Below, piece by piece: positions 1-8,734 of a stretch of 40,681 nucleotides of DNA. The position numbers and the translations under genes were made by a program. The notes beneath the pieces were generated by a model, which saw only the letters and a list, made by a program, of their open reading frames with translations, was not told the DNA's origin and ran no database searches. Location of the stretch: IMG/VR virus record IMGVR_UViG_3300030329_001544, positions 1 through 40,681 of that record. One strand, given 5' to 3'. Source of the DNA: a virus. Lineage: Duplodnaviria > Caudoviricetes. Numbering within the stretch: the stretch's first letter is position 1; every line of letters starts with the position of its first letter.

Positions 1-101
1 GTTGGCAAGTCATATTGCGTCCAACACTGCCACCTCACTGCTGGCAATGAACCCCCGAACGTGGTCAGTTCAGATTTCTGGCATACCGAGATTGTTTGGC
101 A
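1..101. repeat. Terminal direct repeat, left copy (circular assembly overlap)
   Basis: 1-101 equals 40581-40681 except position 3 (T vs G); the reading frame continues across the join. Confidence 0.95.
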
Positions 102-1453
102 CATACTTCAACGCTAAAGAGATGGCGGCGGGAAGTGTATGGCTTACAGCAAACGCTGGCAGAATCAGAAAGAAACTTAAAGACAGGTCTAGTTTCTTTT
201 GGCGTCGATGGGCTAGGTCAAGCGCCGAAAGATTCGGGCCAGAAAAGGTGGGCCAGTTGGTTCCACTGGATGCGGCAGGGTTTGTTGGCGGCATGGCCGA
301 CACGGCGAAAAACTTATTGGACGGCAGCTTTAATGGTGCTATGAAATCTTGGGGTACAGCGATGGACTCCATTAAGATTCTTGATGGGTTCGATGCAATA
401 GTGTGCGGCTTCGCATACGGCGCTGCTTTGTCCAAGGCCAAGAGTGAAAACAAGGGCGCAGACAGTGCGAGGATCGAAGAGATTGCGGCAGAGATTGCGT
501 CCAACGCAATTCGTGACACGCAAAACTCTACCTCGAACCTTGACCTTTCTGGATTCTCTGCATCAGCAAAACAAAGTTGGGCAAGATTCTTCATCATGTT
601 CTCGTCCGACCCAATCAAGTTGTCTAACATAATTGCTCAGGCTAAACGTGAATGGTCTTTGGGAAGTAAACGTAAATCATCCGCAATGCTTTCGGGTGTT
701 ATAGTTTCAATGGCTTCTGCTACTGCATTGCGTGTTGGAACCATTTGGGGAACGGGCGAACTTGTTGCATCTATGTTTGGCGATGACGATGATGTCAAAC
801 GTGGAGAAAGAATGGACGAACTTGAAACTAGGTTCTACCAATCTGTTTGGAGAGAGTTGTCTGGCCTAACGTTCTTTGCTCCAATTCTTGACATGGCAGC
901 AGGGTTTGCACTGGGAGAAAAGAGGTCGGTGGAACTGTTTGCCAGCCCCATTTCATCCTTGCTTGACATTCTTGGGACAAGAATGTTGAAGTTAGTTGAA
1001 GCCCTGAAAGGGCTAAGTGACGATGAGGCAGACCAAGTGTTTGAAACCATTATTGAAGCAAGCATAAAGTTTGCTAACGATCTGGTTTCAGTAGGGGTCG
1101 GCAACCCACTCCGACCTATTGTCAACGACATAGTAAAGTACGGACCCTTAAAAGTAACTGAGCCTGCTACTCATCTCCGTGCAATCGAGAAGTTGTACAG
1201 GCAAATGATTGAAGAAGGAAGAGTAAAGGATATGACGCCTGAGCAAAGGAAACACTTTGCACTTGCTGTTGCGTTTAACAAGGGGACGGCTAAGTTCACG
1301 CAAAAAATGTCCAAAGTTAAGAAGGCTATGGATGTTTCTAAAGAACAGGGCAATGAAGAGGCGTATCAAAACCTCTTAGAGATATGGTTGAAACTGCGCA
1401 GTGAAAGGACTCAACTGGCGCAAAGAGCACTGGGGCAAATTAAGGACGATTAA
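2..1453 (+). CDS. C-terminal 483 aa of the giant polyvalent/ejection protein that starts at 31987
   Basis: The 31987 ORF ends the window with ...RLDKWASHIASNTATSL, matching this ORF's N-terminus. The TTG 'start' is produced by the single mismatch (TGG in the other copy). Confidence 0.9.
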   Translation: MASHIASNTATSLLAMNPRTWSVQISGIPRLFGTYFNAKEMAAGSVWLTANAGRIRKKLKDRSSFFWRRWARSSAERFGPEKVGQLVPLDAAGFVGGMADTAKNLLDGSFNGAMKSWGTAMDSIKILDGFDAIVCGFAYGAALSKAKSENKGADSARIEEIAAEIASNAIRDTQNSTSNLDLSGFSASAKQSWARFFIMFSSDPIKLSNIIAQAKREWSLGSKRKSSAMLSGVIVSMASATALRVGTIWGTGELVASMFGDDDDVKRGERMDELETRFYQSVWRELSGLTFFAPILDMAAGFALGEKRSVELFASPISSLLDILGTRMLKLVEALKGLSDDEADQVFETIIEASIKFANDLVSVGVGNPLRPIVNDIVKYGPLKVTEPATHLRAIEKLYRQMIEEGRVKDMTPEQRKHFALAVAFNKGTAKFTQKMSKVKKAMDVSKEQGNEEAYQNLLEIWLKLRSERTQLAQRALGQIKDD

Positions 1454-1454
1454 A

Positions 1455-2258
1455 ATGTGCAAACGGGGAAGAGATGTTTCTTTCCTTGCTTTCTCTTGCC
1501 TTCATGCTCCGTTGCATGACGAGGAAGCAGTGGACAATCTAATAGAGTTGTTAGCCAAGGAGCAGCCTGATTGTGTTGTCCACCTTGGCGACGGGATGGA
1601 GATGTCGTGGGCCAGCAGGTTCGAGGATGCTGGAGAAGTTGATGCGTTGGCAGAGTACAACTCACACAACGACATCTTGAAACAGATTAGGAAAGCATCG
1701 CCCAACTCACGGCGGGTATTCTTACCGGGCAATCATGAGTGGCGGCTGCACAGCCCACGCATTGAACCAAGTATCAGGGCTGCTCTGGCTTGGCGTATTC
1801 ACCAGCCTGAGATGCAGCACTGGGAGGAGCCGTGCCGCTACCTTAACTGCCGACATCGAGGCGTGTTCAGGTTGGGGCAGGTTACATTTTGTCACGGCCA
1901 TTCGTGCTCGGCGTCGGGCGTGAAGAAAGAAACAACAACGATGGCTAGAGAGTGGGGGCTGTATGTACACGGTCACCTGCATAGGCCAACTCAACCCGGC
2001 CCACCCGAGAGGGTAATGGCAACGACATCGTGGGCGTTGAACTGGTGGAGAGCGAACCCCGGCTGCCTGCGTGACCTATCTCCTGAGTACATGAAAGACC
2101 TAGACAAATCCCTCTGGGGCCACGGTGCGGTGGTAGGTAAGGCGCAGCTGATTAAGTCTCCTCGTGCCCGGCGCTGCTGGGATTGTAGAACAGAAGTATT
2201 CCGTATGTACGACGATTGGGCCAGCAATGTCACACGAGTTTCCGCTTGTATTAGTTGA
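1455..2258 (+). CDS. Calcineurin-like metallophosphoesterase
   Basis: Motifs SCLH (DxH position), LGDGME, GNHE, HGH, GHLHR; ATG immediately after the upstream stop. Confidence 0.85.
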   Translation: MCKRGRDVSFLAFSCLHAPLHDEEAVDNLIELLAKEQPDCVVHLGDGMEMSWASRFEDAGEVDALAEYNSHNDILKQIRKASPNSRRVFLPGNHEWRLHSPRIEPSIRAALAWRIHQPEMQHWEEPCRYLNCRHRGVFRLGQVTFCHGHSCSASGVKKETTTMAREWGLYVHGHLHRPTQPGPPERVMATTSWALNWWRANPGCLRDLSPEYMKDLDKSLWGHGAVVGKAQLIKSPRARRCWDCRTEVFRMYDDWASNVTRVSACIS

Positions 2259-2502
2259 GTGGTTCGATTCTTCTGAGCCATTTGAAAACGCAGAGGTCGA
2301 TATCCCTGAAGGTATACCTGAGCCACAGAGGATCTTGAGCGTCGGGCATATGGTTCGTGAGACGGACGAATATGTAACGCTTGTTGGCGGGTGGAAGCCT
2401 GATGTTCGAGTCGCCGACTACGTGATTTCGATTGTCAAGTCTGCCATCGTGGGAAGAATAGAAAGGCTGGAGCGTATCTCTGTCTTGTCAAAGATTGAGT
2501 AG
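2227..2502 (+). CDS. Hypothetical phage protein (VLVEWxDS type)
   Basis: MSHEFPLVLVEWFDSS..., beta-rich small protein in operon position. Confidence 0.7.
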   Translation: MSHEFPLVLVEWFDSSEPFENAEVDIPEGIPEPQRILSVGHMVRETDEYVTLVGGWKPDVRVADYVISIVKSAIVGRIERLERISVLSKIE

Positions 2503-2523
2503 GGTCCGCACAGGGAGCAAGAG

Positions 2524-2853
2524 ATGAACAAAGAAAACACAAACCCCTGCCCCATCTGCCGGAACCAAGAGCTACAGCAACTCCGTCGTGATCTGTCAGA
2601 ATGTCGGAAGCGGAATCAGTCCAAGGACAAGAAGATTCAAAAGCTAGACAAGAGGGTGTTCATACTTACACTTGTTGCCATTGGTGTCGGCGCTGTCTTG
2701 GGCAAAGAAACACTTGACGCTATTGTTGGTTGGCTTGAAACCACGAACGGAATACGCAACGGGGTTGATGAGCTAATCTTCCCCGCCCCCAGTACGCTTG
2801 CCTTGTTCGCCTTCGCCTTCGTCCCGGCCAGAAGAAGAAGAAGAAAGTCTTAG
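2524..2853 (+). CDS. Small membrane protein with CxxC, coiled coil, TM helix and PEP-CTERM-like C-terminus
   Basis: SD GGGAG upstream; CPIC; TM VFILTLVAIGVGAVLG; ends FPAPSTLALFAFAFVPARRRRRKS. Confidence 0.75.
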   Translation: MNKENTNPCPICRNQELQQLRRDLSECRKRNQSKDKKIQKLDKRVFILTLVAIGVGAVLGKETLDAIVGWLETTNGIRNGVDELIFPAPSTLALFAFAFVPARRRRRKS

Positions 2854-3348
2854 TGTTTCTGACTCGGGGTCGTAGTCTGGCAGTGGCCTCTGCGTGTACC
2901 CGCTTGGCGGTGTGTTGCTAACCCTCCTGCCTTGAGCGCCAAAGGGAAACCTCCGCCCTTCTATCCCCAACACAAACAAGTGGTAGACATTTCCAATGTC
3001 CCGCTTGCGATACTCTGACGGGTACAGCTCGACTGCTTCGTAATCAACACCGACGATTGTGTTCTTAATATCCTGCAACTCTCGCCAATCATGCTTGGTC
3101 GAGCCGTCTTTGCTTTCGATTGAAAGTCGTATCATTCCCATGTCATCTATGGGAAACACCATCACCCGATACTGATCGTTCTCAAACACTTTAAAATCAA
3201 CGTGCGTGTACTCGTGGTAGAGTGCAATGGCTTCATCTAGTGAGCAGACATACTCGCACATGGTTCTGTCTACAAACTCAACTTGGATGGGCAGGCTGCT
3301 CTTGAAGCGGGCTGTTGTTTCTGTCAGGTTCATGCCAGATAAACCCAT
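2773..3348 (-). CDS. Conserved phage hypothetical protein
   Basis: Motif HDWRELQDIKNTIVG..EAVELYP......NVYHLFV recognised as a common phage protein of unknown function; last gene of the leftward arm. Confidence 0.7.
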   Translation of the reverse strand: MGLSGMNLTETTARFKSSLPIQVEFVDRTMCEYVCSLDEAIALYHEYTHVDFKVFENDQYRVMVFPIDDMGMIRLSIESKDGSTKHDWRELQDIKNTIVGVDYEAVELYPSEYRKRDIGNVYHLFVLGIEGRRFPFGAQGRRVSNTPPSGYTQRPLPDYDPESETLRLSSSSSGRDEGEGEQGKRTGGGED

Positions 3349-3403
3349 ACTGGTTCAACAACATAATAAAGCCTCGGCCACGTTAGCATCATTGGAAGTA
3401 TGA

Positions 3404-4306
3404 TCATTTTTGTTCTGCCTTCTTGCGCTCTTGTTCCCACTCTTCCATCCGTTCCATCAGCACGGTAATCGGCACTCCCCTATTGCGTGCCATCATGTTT
3501 GCGTACTGGTCCTCGTTGCCTGATTCCTCGGCAGCCTTCTTGATAATCTTCGCCCTGATCTTCTGTGTTTCAACCTCATTGAACCATGTGTTCCAGTCCT
3601 CTTCGTCCTTACGGTCACGGATAAATGTGTGCGGCCTAGACCTGTAGTTGCCCACCCCCTGCTCCGACTGATAGTACAGGCTCATTGCTTTGATAATGCG
3701 TTCGATGTCCCTGCCTTCTACAAGTGCATCGCAGAATGCGTCTTGTATCTTCTTGGGTTTTTCTATTGCAAACGGACAGTCTGGCATAGACTTAAGTTTT
3801 TCATATGCCGCCCGTGCCGCCCCCCTGTGCACGTACTGAAGGGTGCTGGAGTATTCACCTGATGCCTCCTGCTCAACCCTAACTTCATGAATCACTGCGT
3901 CAATACTTCCATCATCCTCAACCAGTTCAGGTACGGGGATAATGGGAGCGTTCTCCATTTCCTCAAGCCAGCCAATCGCCATCAGTATTGCCATCGACTC
4001 TTCGAGGAAATCCTCGTGCCCCGCCATGCCGATAGCCACAGAGATTTGTTTGTTTGACATGGGCGTACCGTCCTTCAGGACGAACTGACCCGACCTCTTC
4101 CAATGTCTGACTGCCCACTTCTGTATCTGCTCCCATATCCCCAGAACACTGAAGCCATACACCACTCCCTTGGGGTGATCAAGCAGTACCATCTGCAACT
4201 CGGGCGAGTCATCCACTGGACACCTGAACCAGTGCGGGCGCTTAACTTTCCCCCTCCGCATTTCGCTGGTCAGGTACGTGTCCACAAAGTTAGGGATGCG
4301 TATCAA
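3404..4306 (-). CDS. Putative replication initiator / replisome organizer
   Basis: SD AAGGAGGTGA before TTG. N-terminal winged-HTH-like region (RPHWFR...SGQFVLKDGTPMSNKQISVAIG...AIGWLEE) and DnaD-like C-terminal region (RPHTFI); lies next to recombination/SSB genes. Confidence 0.55.
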   Translation of the reverse strand: MIRIPNFVDTYLTSEMRRGKVKRPHWFRCPVDDSPELQMVLLDHPKGVVYGFSVLGIWEQIQKWAVRHWKRSGQFVLKDGTPMSNKQISVAIGMAGHEDFLEESMAILMAIGWLEEMENAPIIPVPELVEDDGSIDAVIHEVRVEQEASGEYSSTLQYVHRGAARAAYEKLKSMPDCPFAIEKPKKIQDAFCDALVEGRDIERIIKAMSLYYQSEQGVGNYRSRPHTFIRDRKDEEDWNTWFNEVETQKIRAKIIKKAAEESGNEDQYANMMARNRGVPITVLMERMEEWEQERKKAEQK

Positions 4307-4655
4307 CTTTCACCTCCTTTGACAAACCTACGAGTCGTACAAGCCGGTTGGTTTTTTCGCACCTGACCTGCGCTATCTCATTCAAGTACCCATCTTCAAG
4401 CAATGACGTAATCCTTGGGCGGACCATGTTCATATCATCAAACCCCAATCGCAACTTGACCTCGCGGTCTGTCGCTGGTCCTCCCGACAGGACGGCCTCA
4501 AAGACTTGACGGTTCCTCTTGCTCAGGGTCGGGCGTATTTCCGCATAGCTCATCAATGAAGCCAGACGGACGCGGTGTTTCTTGTGCTTGCTCCCGCTCC
4601 TCTCTTGCTGCGTGAACAGCGTTGGAGTAGTCGTTGAGTGATTTTCGTTGTTCAT
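4290..4655 (-). CDS. Winged-helix DNA-binding protein
   Basis: RQVFEAVLSGGPATDREVKLRLG...NMVRPRITSLLEDGYL is a wHTH pattern. Confidence 0.75.
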   Translation of the reverse strand: MNNENHSTTTPTLFTQQERSGSKHKKHRVRLASLMSYAEIRPTLSKRNRQVFEAVLSGGPATDREVKLRLGFDDMNMVRPRITSLLEDGYLNEIAQVRCEKTNRLVRLVGLSKEVKVDTHP

Positions 4656-4857
4656 CTTGAATCCCTTTCATCCATTTCTCGATGTCGATCTCTCGCCAAC
4701 GAATGGTTTTGTTGTTCAGTTTCAGGGGTGGGGGGAACCCTGCGGTCCCCTCCCTGCCCCAACGTGTAACGGTTCGCTCCTCTACGTTCAAGTAGATAGC
4801 AATCTCACCGACAGTCATCATCCGTTCAAATGGCGATATCAACTTCTTCTCCTTCAT
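4498..4857 (-). CDS. AlpA/excisionase-like HTH protein
   Basis: MTVGEIAIYLNVEERTVTRWGREG..GFPPPLKLNNKTIRWREIDIEKW. Start placed at MKEKK; the C-terminal tail overlaps the next gene. Confidence 0.8.
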   Translation of the reverse strand: MKEKKLISPFERMMTVGEIAIYLNVEERTVTRWGREGTAGFPPPLKLNNKTIRWREIDIEKWMKGIQDEQRKSLNDYSNAVHAAREEREQAQETPRPSGFIDELCGNTPDPEQEEPSSL

Positions 4858-5194
4858 CGTCTGTTGCATCCGACGATTGTGTTTCGCCGGGTCCAGTCCA
4901 CCTGTCAACCTTGGGCTTGGTTGGGTACTCGGGGTGGTCTTCGTGAACAATACGAACCTGTACCCACTTGCCCATCATTGCCTCTGGGGTCAGGTCGTCG
5001 TCAGGTTTCATGCCCAAAGACATGAGAACGTATTCAACTTTCCATTCCAAGTTGAACACCACATAATCATAAACGTGCGTGCTCTCTCCCTCGTGGTCAA
5101 TGTTCATCTTGACCTTGATCATCTCGTTGCCTGCTCGGGAGGTTGTAGCCTCGGCGTTGATAATCTGTGCTGAATATGATCCTTCGGGAATCAT
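4826..5194 (-). CDS. DUF669-like single-stranded DNA-binding protein
   Basis: IPEGSYSAQIINAEATTSRAGNEMIKVK..., acidic C-terminal tail, SD AAGGAG, adjacent to the annealing protein. Confidence 0.75.
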   Translation of the reverse strand: MIPEGSYSAQIINAEATTSRAGNEMIKVKMNIDHEGESTHVYDYVVFNLEWKVEYVLMSLGMKPDDDLTPEAMMGKWVQVRIVHEDHPEYPTKPKVDRWTGPGETQSSDATDDEGEEVDIAI

Positions 5195-5204
5195 GTGCGG
5201 CTCC

Positions 5205-6005
5205 TTAAAATGGGATGTCTTCTGAAAGAATCCACTGTTTCACTTTGTCTTCGTCCAACTGTGGGCGAATGTCACTTATCTGTACCTCTTCAAGTGGGAC
5301 TCCATCGGGCAGTGAGAACTTAATGTCCTTGTGTAGCGACTGCTTGAGATGAAGTATCACCCTGTTCCTTACGGTGGTCCCCTGCTTCTTCACTTCGTCG
5401 GCCTTGCCACGGATGAACTTCGTCAACTCGGTGAAGGTTTCATCGGTGACTGGAGTCTTTGGCACTACAGATTCCGTGCTCGGTTCCTGAGCCTTCTTCT
5501 TGATAGCGTCGGCAACCTCCTTGTGCTTCGGCTTGCGCTGCTGTGCATTGGAAGCATCCTCAAACTCGCCAAACTTCTCCCGCATCTCGGCCACGTACTT
5601 GTTGTCATCGAAGCGGCCAAGGAATACGTCGGCGTTAAATCCATAATAACTTGCGCACTTTGTCAGCCCGTCTGTTATCGCGGCTTTTTCAGCCTCTTCG
5701 TTTGGGCGATCTTCTGACCCAAGGCGGGCCTTCCCACACTGTTTCACATACTGTTCTCTGTTGCCTTGCCAAAGTTTAACTGTTGCAACAACACAGTTGT
5801 GCGGCGGGTAGGACAACACGAAATCAAATCCCCAATCCACCCCGACCACACCAAACTGGCGGGTCATACATTTAATCTGGTACATGGCATCAATAGTCGT
5901 AAACCCGCCACGCTGGTTTACCTTCTTCGTGTGCTTGGGGTCCGTTTCACACACGGCATTCCACAGCCTCATGTTGTCAAGTTTCTTCTTGGTCTTGTCT
6001 GCCAT
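5205..6005 (-). CDS. Single-strand annealing protein (Rad52/Sak-like)
   Basis: TDPKHTK...TTIDAMYQIK.MT.QFG..GVDWG...AEKAAITDGLTKCASYYGFNADVF; ends in DIPF; coupled to the exonuclease gene. Confidence 0.75.
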   Translation of the reverse strand: MADKTKKKLDNMRLWNAVCETDPKHTKKVNQRGGFTTIDAMYQIKCMTRQFGVVGVDWGFDFVLSYPPHNCVVATVKLWQGNREQYVKQCGKARLGSEDRPNEEAEKAAITDGLTKCASYYGFNADVFLGRFDDNKYVAEMREKFGEFEDASNAQQRKPKHKEVADAIKKKAQEPSTESVVPKTPVTDETFTELTKFIRGKADEVKKQGTTVRNRVILHLKQSLHKDIKFSLPDGVPLEEVQISDIRPQLDEDKVKQWILSEDIPF

Positions 6006-6925
6006 CACATCGTCCCTTCGTTTTCTTTGTACCACCAGTCGGGTGGGTATAGGTCTATCGTTTTGTAGTGCATCTGCTCGTCCATCTCCCCGGCCTCGAT
6101 CTTCACAATCGTGTCGAGCAGTTCGTCAATCTTCTTGTCAGCGATTTCCAAGTCTTCAATCGTGAGGTCGTACACCCCAGTCGTGTAGCCGTTCCCTTTC
6201 TCTGCCGCAATGATGCAAGCGTTCACCAAGTCCTGATCGTACACGGACCTGATTGCCCGGCAGTACCACGCCAACTGGATGAGATAGTGGTACGGCTCGG
6301 CAACCAAGCGGTGGCCCATCACTCTCGGGCTGGCGTCCTCTGTCGTCTTAAAATCAACGACGCATAGGAAGTCATCGAAATATGAAACGCAATCTACACG
6401 GGCCTTCAAATAAAGACCTGTACGCTGGTCGGTCCAGAAATAACTTGCCTCAAGCCTGCTGTCTGCCGCTTCAAGGGTGTTGCCATACTCCACCTCTTGA
6501 CGTTCCTCATACGTCAGCCAAGGCGCTGCGTCCTTTGTCACCAGCCTAGTCATAGCGTCGGGGTTGGATAGCACCGAGTCAGCGATACGCTTCGCCCTGT
6601 CGTACTCGGACTGCTTGACCAGCTTCTTTCCCTTAGCCGATGCAGTAACCTGAGCATCGTTCCATGCCTTAGATCCACGTCGTGCGCCCTCTGGTGCGCA
6701 CATTGTCTTGTACGCAAACTTGTGTGGCTCCAGCAATGCCGAGTGTGCCAGCGTGCCCAGTTCCATGGCGCTGGTCGGCTTGGAGTCATCAACTTTGGCG
6801 GCAGCGTATGCCAGTGGACTCTTGAGTGCGTGCTTGGCAAGGCTGAAGTTGAGAGCGTCATTGCTCCTGTACTTCTCATCATCCATGTCGAGCACCTCGC
6901 CAGTCATGCGATATTCGGTAGCCAT
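6005..6925 (-). CDS. RecE/exodeoxyribonuclease VIII-like PD-(D/E)XK exonuclease (DUF3799 type)
   Basis: AMELGTLAHSALLEP, EASYFW, LKARVD, VDFKTT, YLIQLAWY motifs. Confidence 0.9.
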   Translation of the reverse strand: MATEYRMTGEVLDMDDEKYRSNDALNFSLAKHALKSPLAYAAAKVDDSKPTSAMELGTLAHSALLEPHKFAYKTMCAPEGARRGSKAWNDAQVTASAKGKKLVKQSEYDRAKRIADSVLSNPDAMTRLVTKDAAPWLTYEERQEVEYGNTLEAADSRLEASYFWTDQRTGLYLKARVDCVSYFDDFLCVVDFKTTEDASPRVMGHRLVAEPYHYLIQLAWYCRAIRSVYDQDLVNACIIAAEKGNGYTTGVYDLTIEDLEIADKKIDELLDTIVKIEAGEMDEQMHYKTIDLYPPDWWYKENEGTM

Positions 6926-7350
6926 CAGATCGCCCTTTCATGTAGCAGGCGGAGTGAGTTCCTCCACCTGATGGACTTGTCATTTTGAATCGCACCAACT
7001 CCGTCAAGGTCTGGCCCTGCCTCAAAGATCGGCATCGAGCCATCCAGTAATCGGTGCAGCGTTACAACATTGCTATCGTCCTCGGGCCACAGTTCAACGG
7101 AACCCTCCATCTGCCTGTGAACGTGGTACACAATCTCTTCCTCGCCTCCAGCGCCAGTCATTTCCAGCGGCGTGGCATAGGCCACACTGCACCATCGCCA
7201 GTCCTCCAACTCTCGCACCATGAACCAGACAGGGCCGTCGTCGTGGTACTCAACGCAATGCCATATGGTCTTCATTGTCATGCCCAGCATCGGGACATCG
7301 GCGGTAAGCGTTTGAGTCAAGGTAATAATCTGTTCATTGCTTTCGTTCAC
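6925..7350 (-). CDS. Hypothetical protein
   Basis: GTG start with SD AGGAGGTGA; stop overlaps the next start. Confidence 0.7.
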   Translation of the reverse strand: MNESNEQIITLTQTLTADVPMLGMTMKTIWHCVEYHDDGPVWFMVRELEDWRWCSVAYATPLEMTGAGGEEEIVYHVHRQMEGSVELWPEDDSNVVTLHRLLDGSMPIFEAGPDLDGVGAIQNDKSIRWRNSLRLLHERAI

Positions 7351-7576
7351 GCTTCACCTCCTTGATTGCCGGGAACCTTTCATGGTCCCATCGTCCACAC
7401 TTGTTGCATTGAAGTAATACGCTTACCCCTGTCGCACCACTTGACCCAGCAGGACGTGAATCACTCCTATCACCGACTACACACATCACACCGCCACACC
7501 CCTTAAGTCGGTTGGTGATTGTTGGTCCACATCTGTGCCGGGCATCGCCGGGATCAGGCAGCCATTCAACTTTCAC
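7334..7576 (-). CDS. Small Cys-rich (Zn-ribbon-like) protein
   Basis: GTG start with SD AGGAGGTGA; C..GCGG.MC...CNKCG. Confidence 0.65.
   Translation of the reverse strand: MKVEWLPDPGDARHRCGPTITNRLKGCGGVMCVVGDRSDSRPAGSSGATGVSVLLQCNKCGRWDHERFPAIKEVKRERKQ
7346..7362 (-). repeat. 17-bp direct repeat copy 1 (SD plus GTG start)
   Basis: TTCACGCTTCACCTCCT (minus strand AGGAGGTGAAGCGTGAA) is identical to 7572-7588. Confidence 0.85.
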
Positions 7577-7588
7577 GCTTCACCTCCT
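7572..7588 (-). repeat. 17-bp direct repeat copy 2 (SD plus GTG start)
   Basis: Identical to 7346-7362. Confidence 0.85.
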
Positions 7589-7860
7589 GCTTTGACCCAG
7601 TAGTTGTACTCGCGTGCGCCAACGTCCACGGTCACGACTGCACGCGGCCACCCTTCATGGCGGTCACCTAGATGTCCATTGTCAATAGCTTTCAGCACAG
7701 ACTCGGAATCAAGGAGGAGTGATACCCGTCTTGGGTTTCCGTTCGTGCTGTTCGGAGCGGCGAGGATTATGTGTACCCCGTCGATCGTCTTTGCCTTGGG
7801 GTTGACGGACGGAAGTCCGGAAACTTGATTCGCTAACTCGTGCATATCCATTTTATCCAT
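7573..7860 (-). CDS. Hypothetical early protein
   Basis: Start MDKMDMHEL after SD GAAAGGGG; contains NSTNGNPRRV. Confidence 0.65.
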   Translation of the reverse strand: MDKMDMHELANQVSGLPSVNPKAKTIDGVHIILAAPNSTNGNPRRVSLLLDSESVLKAIDNGHLGDRHEGWPRAVVTVDVGAREYNYWVKAGGEA

Positions 7861-7949
7861 GTGCAGTACCCCTTTCTCGGGTAGTGTGTTGTTGTGTGCT
7901 GATTGTACCAGATTTGTATTCACCTGTCTAATCGGCTATCCCGTGCCTA

Positions 7950-8141
7950 TTACTTGAGTTTATTTTGTTCCGCTTCCAATCGCATGCTCATCGTGTCGAT
8001 TCGCATCAGCCTCTGACGCGCCTCCTGTTTGTCCACTGGGTCCGTGTCCAGTGCGAGCACCTGCTCCTCCGCCATCTTCCCGTACATGAGCGCGTCCAGC
8101 AGGATGTCTACCTCGTAGGTTGTTAGTTGTATGTTCAGCAT
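7950..8141 (-). CDS. Hypothetical small helical protein (63 aa)
   Basis: SD GGAGAGGG before ATG; MLNIQLTTYEVDILLDAL... Confidence 0.7.
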   Translation of the reverse strand: MLNIQLTTYEVDILLDALMYGKMAEEQVLALDTDPVDKQEARQRLMRIDTMSMRLEAEQNKLK

Positions 8142-8222
8142 ATCCCTCTCCGTGTTGGTGGGTAGCCCCCGCCAGAAGCGGCCAGCGAATGACGGGGACA
8201 CCCAGCGCCGGGAACATCCCGG

Positions 8223-8348
8223 CTATTTCAATCCTTGCGACTGCCGCTTGGCTTCTCCGTCGCATTCCTCGGCCCACTCCTCCCAGTGCCACACGCACCA
8301 GAACACACAGCAAGCTGCCGCAGACAAAATCAATATCGTTGCAATCAT
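8223..8348 (-). CDS. Small single-TM protein (41 aa, not in ORF track)
   Basis: GGAG upstream; MIATILILSAAACCVFWCVWHWEEWAEECDGEAKRQSQGLK*. Confidence 0.55.
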   Translation of the reverse strand: MIATILILSAAACCVFWCVWHWEEWAEECDGEAKRQSQGLK

Positions 8349-8476
8349 CACTCACTCCATTCTCCGGCGTTGCCGGTGTTGCCTTGAATCACGGTGACCT
8401 CCGTTAAGAGGCCACCAGTGCGGTTTGCCGATGCTGTTTTCGGCTCATACCTCCATGAAACCTACCTTATTTGAGA

Positions 8477-8653
8477 TTATTCAGCACCTCCTGTCGCCTT
8501 GGCGTTTGAAAGTCCCGCCCAATGATGTACAGACTTAGCCAGTCGCATGTATGCCTCGTGGGTTTCCGGCTGCATCTTGATAACCTGTGCCATCATCATG
8601 TATTCCAGTAGTTCAATGATCAGTTTTAGATCCTTGATTTCTTGTTCAGTCAT
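8477..8653 (-). CDS. Hypothetical protein (58 aa, not in ORF track)
   Basis: SD GGAG 6 nt before ATG; MTEQEIKDLKLIIELLEYMMMAQ...GGAE*. Confidence 0.7.
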   Translation of the reverse strand: MTEQEIKDLKLIIELLEYMMMAQVIKMQPETHEAYMRLAKSVHHWAGLSNAKATGGAE

Positions 8654-8685
8654 CTTGTTCTCCAGTGGTTAGGGACAGAGTCCGT

Positions 8686-8721
8686 TTCAGCCCGCCCCGT
8701 CACGGTGACGGAGCAGGTGAA
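8686..8721. promoter_or_regulatory. Intergenic stem-loop, degenerate relative of the early-gene repeat module
   Basis: CCGTCA-CGG-TGACGG core with extended stem; follows TGA-CCCCC of the upstream minus-strand gene. Confidence 0.5.
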
Positions 8722-8734
8722 AGGGAGTCGGGGG

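Noticed and set aside
2-4. TTG start of an independent 483-aa gene
   Set aside because: The other copy reads TGG (Trp) in frame with the giant ORF.
1-101. Biological terminal repeat or att site
   Set aside because: It lies mid-gene and its length is typical of an assembler overlap; treated as a circularity artefact, not a virion end.
8207-8223. GCCGGGA-ACA-TCCCGGC hairpin as terminator or tRNA fragment
   Set aside because: No U-tract on the transcribed (minus) strand and no cloverleaf; function unsupported.
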